Of a stretch of DNA of 19,592 nucleotides, positions 1 to 10,163 are shown in pieces. The stretch's first letter is position 1; every line of letters begins with the position of its first letter. The stretch spans positions 1-19,592 of the forward strand of contig JAPLDX010000022.1 in assembly GCA_026391215.1 (NCBI GenBank), in the 5' to 3' direction. The position numbers were made by a program, and so were the translations under genes. This DNA comes from Bacteroidia bacterium (GTDB lineage Bacteria > Bacteroidota > Bacteroidia > Bacteroidales > VadinHA17). The notes beneath the pieces were generated by a model. It had not been told where the DNA came from and made no database searches. It worked only from the letters and a program-made list of their open reading frames with translations.

Positions 1-87
1 TCCTCCCTGTCCATATGTAATGTTGGCCGACAAAATCAGCCCCAGAGAGATAATTGCTGCTTTAAAGAAACAGGTCGTTTTAATCAT
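1..87 (-). CDS. 5' end of a secreted protein (runs off the left edge; only the signal peptide is visible)
   Basis: Manual translation from ATG at 87: MIKTTCFFKAAIISLGLILSANITYG-QGG. It has a basic N-terminus, a hydrophobic core and a cleavage site followed by Gln, as is typical in Bacteroidota. Not in the ORF track. Confidence 0.65.
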   Translation of the reverse strand, partial: MIKTTCFFKAAIISLGLILSANITYGQGG

Positions 88-169
88 AATTGTCGGGTGT
101 TTTCTACGACGAAATTGCGTATTTTTCTTCAGTTAACCAAATGTCCTCAATTACAGGCGTTTAATATTG

Positions 170-189
170 TGTTGATAAATTGTTAATAA
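170..189. promoter_or_regulatory. Tandem 9-bp direct repeat TGTTRATAA (DnaA-box-like or transcription factor site)
   Basis: TGTTGATAA at 170-178 and TGTTAATAA at 181-189, 11-bp period, in a divergent intergenic region. The reverse complements TTATCAACA and TTATTAACA are each one mismatch from TTWTNCACA. Confidence 0.4.
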
Positions 190-258
190 CTGATCCATTA
201 CATGAATATAACCTTACTTTCTTATTGTACTTTTAATCAACTTTTTCTAAGCTAAGAC

Positions 259-681
259 ATGGCACTGAATATCAATGACTTACACCTTGCAGACAAGAGA
301 ATAATAATTGTTGAGGATGATCAGCCATCAATCAGGTACTATGAAACTCTTTTGAAAAGCTCGGGGGCAGATCTGAAAATATTCCATAACGGGAAAGAAT
401 TCGTTGATTATATTAGCCAGGAAACCGGCAGGATTGACCTGGTCTTCATGGACTTCCTTATACCTCTTATCAACGGGATAGAATGCCTGAGGATCTTCAG
501 GAAAGAAAGGAAGAATGTACCGGTATTGATGCTTACAGCATATTCTTCAGAACAGTGCAAAACAGAAGCCTATCTCTCAGGATGTAACGAATATGTGCTA
601 AAACCTATCTATCCGGAAAAGATCTTCTTCCTGATAGAGAAATACATTAAGCACGAAGTTGCTCCATCTCTTGTCAGCTGA
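259..681 (+). CDS. Single-domain response regulator (CheY-like receiver)
   Basis: IIIVEDD acidic pocket, DLVFMD phospho-acceptor Asp, NG turn, MLTA and YVLKP motifs. 140 aa with no output domain. Confidence 0.93.
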   Translation: MALNINDLHLADKRIIIVEDDQPSIRYYETLLKSSGADLKIFHNGKEFVDYISQETGRIDLVFMDFLIPLINGIECLRIFRKERKNVPVLMLTAYSSEQCKTEAYLSGCNEYVLKPIYPEKIFFLIEKYIKHEVAPSLVS

Positions 682-686
682 TCGTT

Positions 687-3600
687 TTATTTTCTTGACG
701 CAGGAGCCTGTACCTGTAAATAACGCCCATAATAATCTTCAAGCTTGCTGCTTATCTCATCTGCCAGTTCCTTTTTGCCATTAGCTTCACAAGCGTTGGC
801 TGCTTTCATTGTATTCTGTATGGCCGATTGTATTTCATATTCGGCTGAAAGGATAATGTAGGGTGTCTGCTTCAGAAAATAATCAAGCTGATCATAATAA
901 TATCCGCATAATGCCATTGTCATTTCAACAGCTTTATCCGATGCCCCTGCATCAAAATAAGCTTCAATCATATCCGGCACATAGGGATCATATGGGACCT
1001 TTTCAAGAGGAAGTTCTTCCATGCAACGGTTAAGTACACTGATAGCTTTTTCATTTTTACCCTCAGCAGCAAGGGCTTTTGCCAGCCTTGCATAATTCAG
1101 CCTTGCCCTGATAACAATCAGTGTCCGCTTATGGTGATAATCAATATTTACTTTCTCATCGTTTGCTCCGCCCCAGACGAATTTGTTCATAATATTCTCA
1201 TAGAGGATATCTGTGTCAATGCGTCCGTAATCAATCCAGCTGTTGTTCGCCGACCTTATCGGTACAAATCGATAGACTAAACCTTCAAGCTGAAAATATT
1301 CTTCGAGCCCCATGGCATCATTATGATATCCTGTAACAAAATATATCGGCCGTTCCCAATTATTATGAGCAAGTATATCAAGAACGAGCAGCTGGCTTTT
1401 CAGGATTGAATTTCCCCTGAGCTTAATATCAATATAGGGTACAATTTTAGCTGAATCTTCCGCTTTTACTGTACCTGACTCAAGAACCTTTTGCTTATTG
1501 ACAGGGATGCGGATCGTACGAGTGGGTATTATATCAAGTATTTCTGTCGTGGAAACTTGGACCTTTGTTGCCTTGTTTTCGCTGTTGACCCAATCTATTA
1601 TTGTTGCAATATCAACCGGATCTTTCGTTTTTTCAATAATAAAGACCTGGTTATTGATGCCATCATAGTATTTCCTGACCGGAAGCGTAACCGGAAGCGG
1701 ATCAGATTCATAGGTCTTACGTTTCATCTGGTCTATATACCAGTCGGTATTCATGAGCATCAGGTTGCAGACACGTATGTCAGTCCTTTTACCTTCGACT
1801 TCCTGGGCATACCATAATGGAAAAGTATCGTTATCCCCGTTGGTTAAGAGTATTGCATCCGGAGCGCATGAGTTGAGGTAGTTAAATGCAACATCCCGTG
1901 CCAGGTAACGGTGCGATCTGTCATGATCGTCCCAGTTTTCAGAAGCCATTAAAGCAGGAACAGCACAAATGCATAACAATCCCGCAACAGGTGCTGCTAT
2001 TTTTTCTCCCGTAAGCCTGCTCATGCCCTCGTACAATGCAAGCATCCCCAGTCCTATCCACACTGAAAAGAAATAGAAAGAGCCTGCATATGCATAATCG
2101 CGTTCCCTTGGCTGGTTCGGATACTGGTTGAGCCAAAAGACAATAGCGATGCCAGTCATTATAAACAACAGCAGTATTATCCACCAGTTCTTACTGTCAC
2201 GGTTAAGCTGATAAAACAATCCGGCAACTCCCAGGAGGAATGGCAGGAGGTAATATTTGTTTCTTGAGGTATCGTCCTTCAGTCCCGCCGGGAGGTCAAT
2301 TGTCCCGGTTCTAGGCTCGTCAAGGAATTTAATACCGGTAATCCAGTTCCCGTTAATTGCACCTCCGGTTCCCTGTGTGTCGTTTTGCTTACCCGAGAAA
2401 TTCCACATGAAATATCTGAAATACATGTAACCGAACTGGTAGGTGAACATGAATTTAAGATTCTCGCTGTAACGGGGTTTCTTTATAACCTCTTTCTCAC
2501 CCGATTGATTTGTAACCTGAATAGGAATTCCCTTTGTACCGCCCCATTCTTTATATACTTCTCCATGATCTGCACTCTGATCGCTCCACATCCTTGGGAA
2601 GAGAGTAATGAATCTTTCATCGAATACCCGTTCCATATTGCGATGGGTTATGATGTATTTTCCGTTTTCAAGGGCATAAACCGGTTTACCGTCTATATAA
2701 TCAAGGACCGGGGCATTATAATAAGGGCCCCTGATTAGCGGCCTCTCACCGTATTGTTCCCTGTTCAGGTAATACAACAGGTTAAATGGATTGCTTGGAT
2801 TATTTTCATTCAAAGGCGGATTGGCTGACGCTCTTATAACTATAATGGCTGAAGTTGAATACCCTATCAGTAGAACCATTATTGCTGTAAGCAAAGTGTT
2901 CAGCACAGCCCTGCTTCTGCCTGCAATATACCAGGCAAATCCTGAAACTGTAAGAAGCAATACAATATTGATAAATGCCTTCTCTGAGACTATCCATATC
3001 CCGGTCAAAAATAATGCACCGATAGTAAAAGCTCCGTTTTTGACTTTGTTTTCCGAATTTATCGAAAACCTGATGGCAAGGATAAAAACAGCTGCCAGCA
3101 AAAGCATATGAAATATCATTCCGCTATTGGGCGGTAGTTTCAATGTATTAACAAAGAAAAGGTCAAGCCATGATGAGATTGTTACTATACCCGGCATTAG
3201 ACCCCATATCAGTAATGCAAGGACTACGAACGATGATGATACTGCTATGATTAAACCTTTCCATGAAAATTCAAACTTTCTGAAGTAATAAACAAGAACA
3301 ATTGCCGGAAGAGTCAGCAGGTTAAGAAGGTGAACACCAATTGAAAGACCCATAAGAAATACGATCAGGATGATCCATCGGTCAGCATGTTTTTCATCAG
3401 CTATATCTTCCCATTTAAGGATCGCCCAGAATACAGCCGCAGTAAAAAGAGAGGATGTTGCATATACTTCACCTTCTACAGCGGAGAACCAGAATGAATC
3501 GGAAAATGTGAAAGCGAGGGCTCCTGTAACGCCAGCAGCTATAATAGCAGTGATCCTTGCAGGACTGAACATGCTTTCTTCCCTGACAATTATTTTTCTT

Positions 3601-3905
3601 GCGAGATGGGTAATAGTCCAGAAAAGAAACAGTATCGTAAATGCGCTTACAATAGCCGACATGGCATTGACTGCTGCTGCGACCTTTGATGTATCGCTTC
3701 CTGCAAAGAGCGAGAAAAATCTTGCGAGGACCATGAAAACCTGACTTCCTGGAGGATGGCCTATCTCCAGCTTATACGCCGAAGCAATGAATTCCCCACA
3801 GTCCCAAAGGCTGCCTGTGGGCTCAATTGTCAGGAGATATGTAATTGCAGCAATAACAAAAACAATCCATCCGGTTATGTTATTGATAAACCTGAATTTT
3901 TTCAT
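687..3905 (-). CDS. DUF2723 / TMEM260-like multi-pass membrane protein (putative GT-C glycosyltransferase)
   Basis: 1072 aa with many TM segments. Motifs WDCGEFI, HPPG, FWFSAVEGEVYA, GVHLLNLL, PRERDY and NGDNDTFPLWY match Bacteroidota DUF2723 proteins. Large soluble C-terminal region with a helical TPR-like end. Confidence 0.85.
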   Translation of the reverse strand: MKKFRFINNITGWIVFVIAAITYLLTIEPTGSLWDCGEFIASAYKLEIGHPPGSQVFMVLARFFSLFAGSDTSKVAAAVNAMSAIVSAFTILFLFWTITHLARKIIVREESMFSPARITAIIAAGVTGALAFTFSDSFWFSAVEGEVYATSSLFTAAVFWAILKWEDIADEKHADRWIILIVFLMGLSIGVHLLNLLTLPAIVLVYYFRKFEFSWKGLIIAVSSSFVVLALLIWGLMPGIVTISSWLDLFFVNTLKLPPNSGMIFHMLLLAAVFILAIRFSINSENKVKNGAFTIGALFLTGIWIVSEKAFINIVLLLTVSGFAWYIAGRSRAVLNTLLTAIMVLLIGYSTSAIIVIRASANPPLNENNPSNPFNLLYYLNREQYGERPLIRGPYYNAPVLDYIDGKPVYALENGKYIITHRNMERVFDERFITLFPRMWSDQSADHGEVYKEWGGTKGIPIQVTNQSGEKEVIKKPRYSENLKFMFTYQFGYMYFRYFMWNFSGKQNDTQGTGGAINGNWITGIKFLDEPRTGTIDLPAGLKDDTSRNKYYLLPFLLGVAGLFYQLNRDSKNWWIILLLFIMTGIAIVFWLNQYPNQPRERDYAYAGSFYFFSVWIGLGMLALYEGMSRLTGEKIAAPVAGLLCICAVPALMASENWDDHDRSHRYLARDVAFNYLNSCAPDAILLTNGDNDTFPLWYAQEVEGKRTDIRVCNLMLMNTDWYIDQMKRKTYESDPLPVTLPVRKYYDGINNQVFIIEKTKDPVDIATIIDWVNSENKATKVQVSTTEILDIIPTRTIRIPVNKQKVLESGTVKAEDSAKIVPYIDIKLRGNSILKSQLLVLDILAHNNWERPIYFVTGYHNDAMGLEEYFQLEGLVYRFVPIRSANNSWIDYGRIDTDILYENIMNKFVWGGANDEKVNIDYHHKRTLIVIRARLNYARLAKALAAEGKNEKAISVLNRCMEELPLEKVPYDPYVPDMIEAYFDAGASDKAVEMTMALCGYYYDQLDYFLKQTPYIILSAEYEIQSAIQNTMKAANACEANGKKELADEISSKLEDYYGRYLQVQAPASRK

Positions 3906-3945
3906 TTATTTGTTTTTTTCAGAACCCTTGGTAACGGTCCAATGG

Positions 3946-3953
3946 CGAAAGTA
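3946..3953 (-). promoter_or_regulatory. Putative Bacteroidota sigmaA -7 element for the DUF2723 gene
   Basis: TACTTTCG on the minus strand (one mismatch to TAnnTTTG), 40 nt upstream of the ATG at 3905. Confidence 0.5.
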
Positions 3954-4001
3954 CTTATTTTTTTCTTATCATGACAATCTGCCTGCAACTCGCAATTTTG
4001 C

Positions 4002-4009
4002 TATTTTTG
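4002..4009 (+). promoter_or_regulatory. Putative Bacteroidota sigmaA -7 element for the 970-aa gene
   Basis: TATTTTTG matches TAnnTTTG directly upstream of the ORF. Its position favours ATG 4026 (MRFKS) as the real start. Confidence 0.55.
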
Positions 4010-4013
4010 AGTC

Positions 4014-6926
4014 ATGATTAATGAGATGAGATTTAAGTCAATACTGTATTCCGTCACATTTATACTTGTTGCCCTGAACGCTTCAGCACAATATTATAAT
4101 ACAGGGCAGGATCCCTCTGGTCTTAAATGGCTGCAGGTAAAAACAGGCAGATTCAAAGTTATTTACCCTCAGAATTATGGATCCGCCGGTGTGGAATTTG
4201 CCAGGGCTCTTGAGAATGCATATTCAGATCTGTCTGCATTATATCCTGATAAGAAATTCAAAATTCCTGTCATTATACATAATTATTCTACACAGTCCAA
4301 TGGATATGTGGCATGGGCTCCGAAACGAATGGAAATATATCCTACTCCCGATCAGAATACTATTCCTCTTGATCATACCAGACAGCTGACTTTGCATGAG
4401 CTCACTCACGTTCTGCAGATGGAATCACTCAATTCGGGTTTTTCAAAGGCGATGTCATTCGTGACCGGACAGCAGTTTACAGGTGCGGTCGCTGCACTCC
4501 TTCCAATATGGTTCATGGAAGGAGAAGCCGTTTATGCTGAAACGTTGTTATCACAGTCAGGAAGAGGAAGGAGCCCGGTATTTCAGAACTCCCTGAAGGC
4601 AATTGCCATCGAAAAAGGAAGTCTGTACAAATATGATAAGCTGCTTAACGGATCATACAGGGATTTTACTCCTGATCATTATCAATTTGGTTACCAGATG
4701 GTTGCGTGGTCTTTATTGAATAATGACCCTCTTATCTGGAATAAGGTGCTGGGCTTAACCGGCAGTCAGCCATTTACGCTTAATCCGGTAAATATAAGCC
4801 TTAAGAAAAATGCAGGGCTTACAAAAAAGCAGCTTTATTATCAGGCATTCGATACCCTCACGAGTCTGTGGAAAAAGGATATTGAAATGAGCGGCGCCAT
4901 TGAATACAATACAATAAATCCATTCAAAAAAACACGGTATGAGAGTTATTTTTCGGCGGTAAATGCAGGGGACGACTCGGTTATTGCAGTAAAAACATCA
5001 CTGGTCAATCCTGTATCATTTGTACTGATCAGACCTTCGGAAAAATCGGAAAAAAAACTTTATGTTCCCGGCAATATTTATCCATGGTTTATCTCTTATG
5101 CCACCGGAAAAATTGTATGGGTTGAATCTCAGCCTGATCCAAGATGGGAAAACAGGAATTATTCTGTAATCAAGCTGCTTGACCTGAAAACTTTAATACA
5201 CAGGCAGCTGACGTACAGATCAAGGTATTTATCTGCATCCGTTTCGCCTGACGGTAATATGATAGCTGCATCGGAGAACACCGAAAAAAACATAAATAAC
5301 CTGGTGTTTATAAATCCTGATGACGGAAGTATTTTAAAGAGCGTTCCGTCCCCGGGTAATGCATATCTTCAGCGTCCCCAGTGGTCCTCCGACGGGAAAA
5401 AGATTACTGTTATTTCCTTAACAGAAGAAGGGGAGGGTATTCTTGCATATTCAATTGCTGAACAGGTATGGACCACTCTATTAGAAGAAGGGAGGGATGA
5501 TCTCCAGTCTTCTTTCCTGAGAAATGATTCACTCTTTTATATAAGCTCTGCATCCGGAACCGATAATATCTATGTACGTGCAGGGAATGGCAAATTATCC
5601 TCTCTGACTCGTTCAAAATTTGGGGCAACTGATCTGAATGTTGCTGGTGACAAAGTGTATTTCAGCAATTACAGCGCTTCCGGGAACAATATCTGTATGG
5701 CTTCTGTTCCTGAAGCAGTTGAAATTGATGAACCTCTCCCCAGTCCTGTATCATATCTTATTGACCGGATTGACAAAAAACAATCAGCAGAGCAAGATGA
5801 TCCGGTCATTGATTACACTCCTGAGCCTTACCGGAAGTGGAAGCACCTCTTTGGGATCCATAGCTGGATGCCATTGTATGCTGATATTGAACAGATACAG
5901 TCTGATCCAACAAGCATACGACCCGGAGTCACCATTATGTCACAAAATCAGCTCAGTACGCTGACAACTTCTGTTGGGTATGAATATTCAGCCGATAAAA
6001 GGCATAAGCTCCATTCAAGAATTTCATGGGATGGTTGGTATCCCGTTATTGAATCACGTATCGATTACGGCAATGAACCCATTATTAAAATGTCCGGAGA
6101 ACAAGTAAGCTGGACTCCTTCCCCTGTCAAGACAGGCCTGAGGTTTATTAATACTGTTTATATACCCTGGTATTTTAATACTGGAAAATTTTATCAATAT
6201 TTTTATCCTTTCCTGTCAGTTGATTACATGAACGATTATGTTTATGTAAAGGAGACCGGGAATTATGATTATGGTCAGACTTATCTTACGGGACGGTTAT
6301 ATATTGCCAACTATTTCAGGTCGGCATACCGTGATATTTATCCCAGGTTGGGTCAGATAATTGATGCATCATATAATTATGCCCCTTTTGATAAACTGAT
6401 TTATGGATCGGATATAAATTTAAAGGCTGCTTTCTATTTTCCGGGTTTCTTTAAAAACCACGGAATAAGGATCAGGTATGAAACAGAAAATCAAAAATTT
6501 ATTTTGCAACCAGATCCGAACAGGATCCATTACCCCAGAGGCTATGATAATATAAGATCAAGAGAGCTTGATTTCATTTCTATTGATTATGTTGCTCCGG
6601 TTGCATATCCTGATTTTAATATTGCCTCGTTTTTCTATATGACAAGGATCCGGATCGGCTTGTTTTACGATTATGCAAGAGGAACGGATAATTATCATCT
6701 CTATGTGCAGGATAGCAATCTGAAGCTGGATCATATAACTATGGGAAATGAATTTTTCAGCTCTTTTGGACTTGAGCTTGTTTCTGATTTTTATTTTCTC
6801 AGGATCCCCTATCCTGTATCAGCAGGAGTGCAGGCTGCCTGGAAGGACTTCAGCAACTCTCCTTCGTTTGAATTTATTTTCAATATAGATATTTACGGAA
6901 TGAATATCGGGAAACTGCGGAGATGA
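4014..6926 (+). CDS. Secreted outer-membrane protein: gluzincin-like HExxH domain + TolB/PD40-like beta-propeller + C-terminal Omp85/BamA-like barrel
   Basis: Signal peptide (…LVALNASA-Q). HELTH at 4395-4409 with downstream WFMEGEAVYAE. Propeller motifs SVSPDGNMIA and PQWSSDGKKI. Aromatic-rich beta strands at the C-terminus with PRGY (6534-6545) and FYDYARG, resembling Omp85 VRGF/Y and FxDxG. Start may be 4026. Confidence 0.72.
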   Translation: MINEMRFKSILYSVTFILVALNASAQYYNTGQDPSGLKWLQVKTGRFKVIYPQNYGSAGVEFARALENAYSDLSALYPDKKFKIPVIIHNYSTQSNGYVAWAPKRMEIYPTPDQNTIPLDHTRQLTLHELTHVLQMESLNSGFSKAMSFVTGQQFTGAVAALLPIWFMEGEAVYAETLLSQSGRGRSPVFQNSLKAIAIEKGSLYKYDKLLNGSYRDFTPDHYQFGYQMVAWSLLNNDPLIWNKVLGLTGSQPFTLNPVNISLKKNAGLTKKQLYYQAFDTLTSLWKKDIEMSGAIEYNTINPFKKTRYESYFSAVNAGDDSVIAVKTSLVNPVSFVLIRPSEKSEKKLYVPGNIYPWFISYATGKIVWVESQPDPRWENRNYSVIKLLDLKTLIHRQLTYRSRYLSASVSPDGNMIAASENTEKNINNLVFINPDDGSILKSVPSPGNAYLQRPQWSSDGKKITVISLTEEGEGILAYSIAEQVWTTLLEEGRDDLQSSFLRNDSLFYISSASGTDNIYVRAGNGKLSSLTRSKFGATDLNVAGDKVYFSNYSASGNNICMASVPEAVEIDEPLPSPVSYLIDRIDKKQSAEQDDPVIDYTPEPYRKWKHLFGIHSWMPLYADIEQIQSDPTSIRPGVTIMSQNQLSTLTTSVGYEYSADKRHKLHSRISWDGWYPVIESRIDYGNEPIIKMSGEQVSWTPSPVKTGLRFINTVYIPWYFNTGKFYQYFYPFLSVDYMNDYVYVKETGNYDYGQTYLTGRLYIANYFRSAYRDIYPRLGQIIDASYNYAPFDKLIYGSDINLKAAFYFPGFFKNHGIRIRYETENQKFILQPDPNRIHYPRGYDNIRSRELDFISIDYVAPVAYPDFNIASFFYMTRIRIGLFYDYARGTDNYHLYVQDSNLKLDHITMGNEFFSSFGLELVSDFYFLRIPYPVSAGVQAAWKDFSNSPSFEFIFNIDIYGMNIGKLRR

Positions 6927-8345
6927 TCAGAACTTAATCTTCCGTGCTTTATCCCTGATCAGATCCCAGGCTTTCTCAACATGATCAAGTGTAACATTGG
7001 TCTGACCCGTGACCATCCTCAGAGTATATCTGTCGTTAAGCATTGTATGCGACAGGTATATCCTGCCGGTATCATTAAGAGTATGATTAAGCAATTCATT
7101 GGCACTGTTCAGTTTATCTTCTGTAATTCCTGAAGGATGATACCTGAAACAGACCAAATTGAGCGAAACCGGAGCCAGTAATTCAAAATCAGGCTCTGTT
7201 GATATATTCTCAGCAAGACGGGAGGCAAGGCGGATATGGTACCTTATCTTATCGCGGAGGCCATTTGTTCCATATGACCGTATCACGCTCCATAGTTTTA
7301 ATGCCCTGAATCTTCGTCCAAGCGGGATGCCCCAGTCCCTGTAATCGTTAACTTTTCCCCTGGTCCTCGTTTTAAGGTATTCAGGGAGTATTTCAAATGT
7401 CTTTATAAGCGATTCTGTGTCTCTTATAAAAAAGGCCGAGCAGTCGAAACTGGTAAACATCCATTTATGAGGATTGAAAACGAAGCTGTCGATATATTCC
7501 CTGCCATCGAGCATCCATTGAAATTCGGGCAAAATAAGGGCCGTACCGCCCATTGCAGCGTCAACATGGAGCCAGATACCATTTTCCCTGCTGATCTCTC
7601 CAATGGCACGTAAAGGGTCAACTGAAGCAGTTCCTGTTGTCCCTAATGTGGCTATGATGCAACAGGGAATGAATCCATTCTTTTTATCTTCAGTTATTGC
7701 TTCCCTCAGCTTTTCCTGATTCATTGAATAATCGTCATTAACAGCTACTTTTACAAGATTCTTTCTGCCAATCCCGGCTATCTTAACAGCCTTCTCCACA
7801 GAAGAGTGGGTCTGGTCGGAGCAATAAACTCTTAATGTACCTGCATTTTTAAATCCTTCTTCGTTTACCATAAACTTGCTGATCTTTTCTCTTGCGGTTA
7901 TGATGGCGGCAAGTGTCGAAGTTGATGCAGTGTCCTGGATAACTCCCTCAAAATCAGGAGGCAATCCTATCAGGTCGCGGAGCCAGATCATCATCCTTTC
8001 CTCGAGCTCGGCAGCTGCAGGCGATGTTTCCCAGATCATGCACTGGGCAGACAGTGCTGATGTCAGCATCTCCGCCAGAATAGAGGGAGGACTTGTGTTT
8101 GCAGGGAAGTATGCAAAAAAATTCGGACTTTGCCAGTGAGTTATACCCGGCATTATAATCTCTTCAAAATCCTTCATTAAAGCACTGAAAGACTCCGGTT
8201 CAGAAGGAGGTGCGTCCTGAATTTTTTTAAAGATCTCTCCGGGTTTTACGGCAGATTTTACCGGATAATCTTCAATATGCTCCATGTACTCAGCCATCCA
8301 TTCGACGACCTCATGGGCATGTTTCCGGAATTCATCGGGAGTCAT
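6927..8345 (-). CDS. Group II PLP-dependent decarboxylase, aromatic-L-amino-acid (DOPA) decarboxylase-like
   Basis: PGITHWQSPNFFAYFP, SPAAAELE, THSSVEKA, LHVDAA, FNPHKW (PLP lysine) and YRDWGIPLGRRFRALKLW. Confidence 0.9.
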   Translation of the reverse strand: MTPDEFRKHAHEVVEWMAEYMEHIEDYPVKSAVKPGEIFKKIQDAPPSEPESFSALMKDFEEIIMPGITHWQSPNFFAYFPANTSPPSILAEMLTSALSAQCMIWETSPAAAELEERMMIWLRDLIGLPPDFEGVIQDTASTSTLAAIITAREKISKFMVNEEGFKNAGTLRVYCSDQTHSSVEKAVKIAGIGRKNLVKVAVNDDYSMNQEKLREAITEDKKNGFIPCCIIATLGTTGTASVDPLRAIGEISRENGIWLHVDAAMGGTALILPEFQWMLDGREYIDSFVFNPHKWMFTSFDCSAFFIRDTESLIKTFEILPEYLKTRTRGKVNDYRDWGIPLGRRFRALKLWSVIRSYGTNGLRDKIRYHIRLASRLAENISTEPDFELLAPVSLNLVCFRYHPSGITEDKLNSANELLNHTLNDTGRIYLSHTMLNDRYTLRMVTGQTNVTLDHVEKAWDLIRDKARKIKF

Positions 8346-8355
8346 GAAGAATAAA

Positions 8356-8601
8356 TTATTTTACCGATTCGGCAAGCAGGATGATCTTGTTCATTTTCAC
8401 TTCAATCACCCCTCCGTCAATTTCATATCTCTTTTCATTGTCTTCCTGATCCACCATAATTACGGTGCCGTTGTCAAGAGTAGAAATAATAGGGGCATGG
8501 TCCTTGAGGACCTGGAAGGATCCTTTTTTTCCAGGGACTCTTATTGATTTAATATCCCCTTCATAAACTTTTCTGTCAGGAGTGATGATCTCTATCTTCA
8601 T
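8356..8601 (-). CDS. atpC: F1 ATP synthase epsilon subunit (short form, N-terminal domain only)
   Basis: IEIITPD, PGKKGSFQVLKDHAPIIS and GGVIEV motifs. 81 aa, directly after atpD. Confidence 0.95.
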   Translation of the reverse strand: MKIEIITPDRKVYEGDIKSIRVPGKKGSFQVLKDHAPIISTLDNGTVIMVDQEDNEKRYEIDGGVIEVKMNKIILLAESVK

Positions 8602-8612
8602 CAGTAAAAGGG

Positions 8613-10121
<1,509 letters not shown>

Positions 10122-10155
10122 ATCCGTTAATTATTTAATTGTCTCTCAGATTATA

Positions 10156-10163
10156 CAAATTTA
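10156..10163 (-). promoter_or_regulatory. Putative sigmaA -7 element for atpD-atpC-decarboxylase
   Basis: TAAATTTG on the minus strand (exact TAnnTTTG), 34 nt upstream of the atpD ATG, in an AT-rich divergent intergenic region. Confidence 0.6.
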
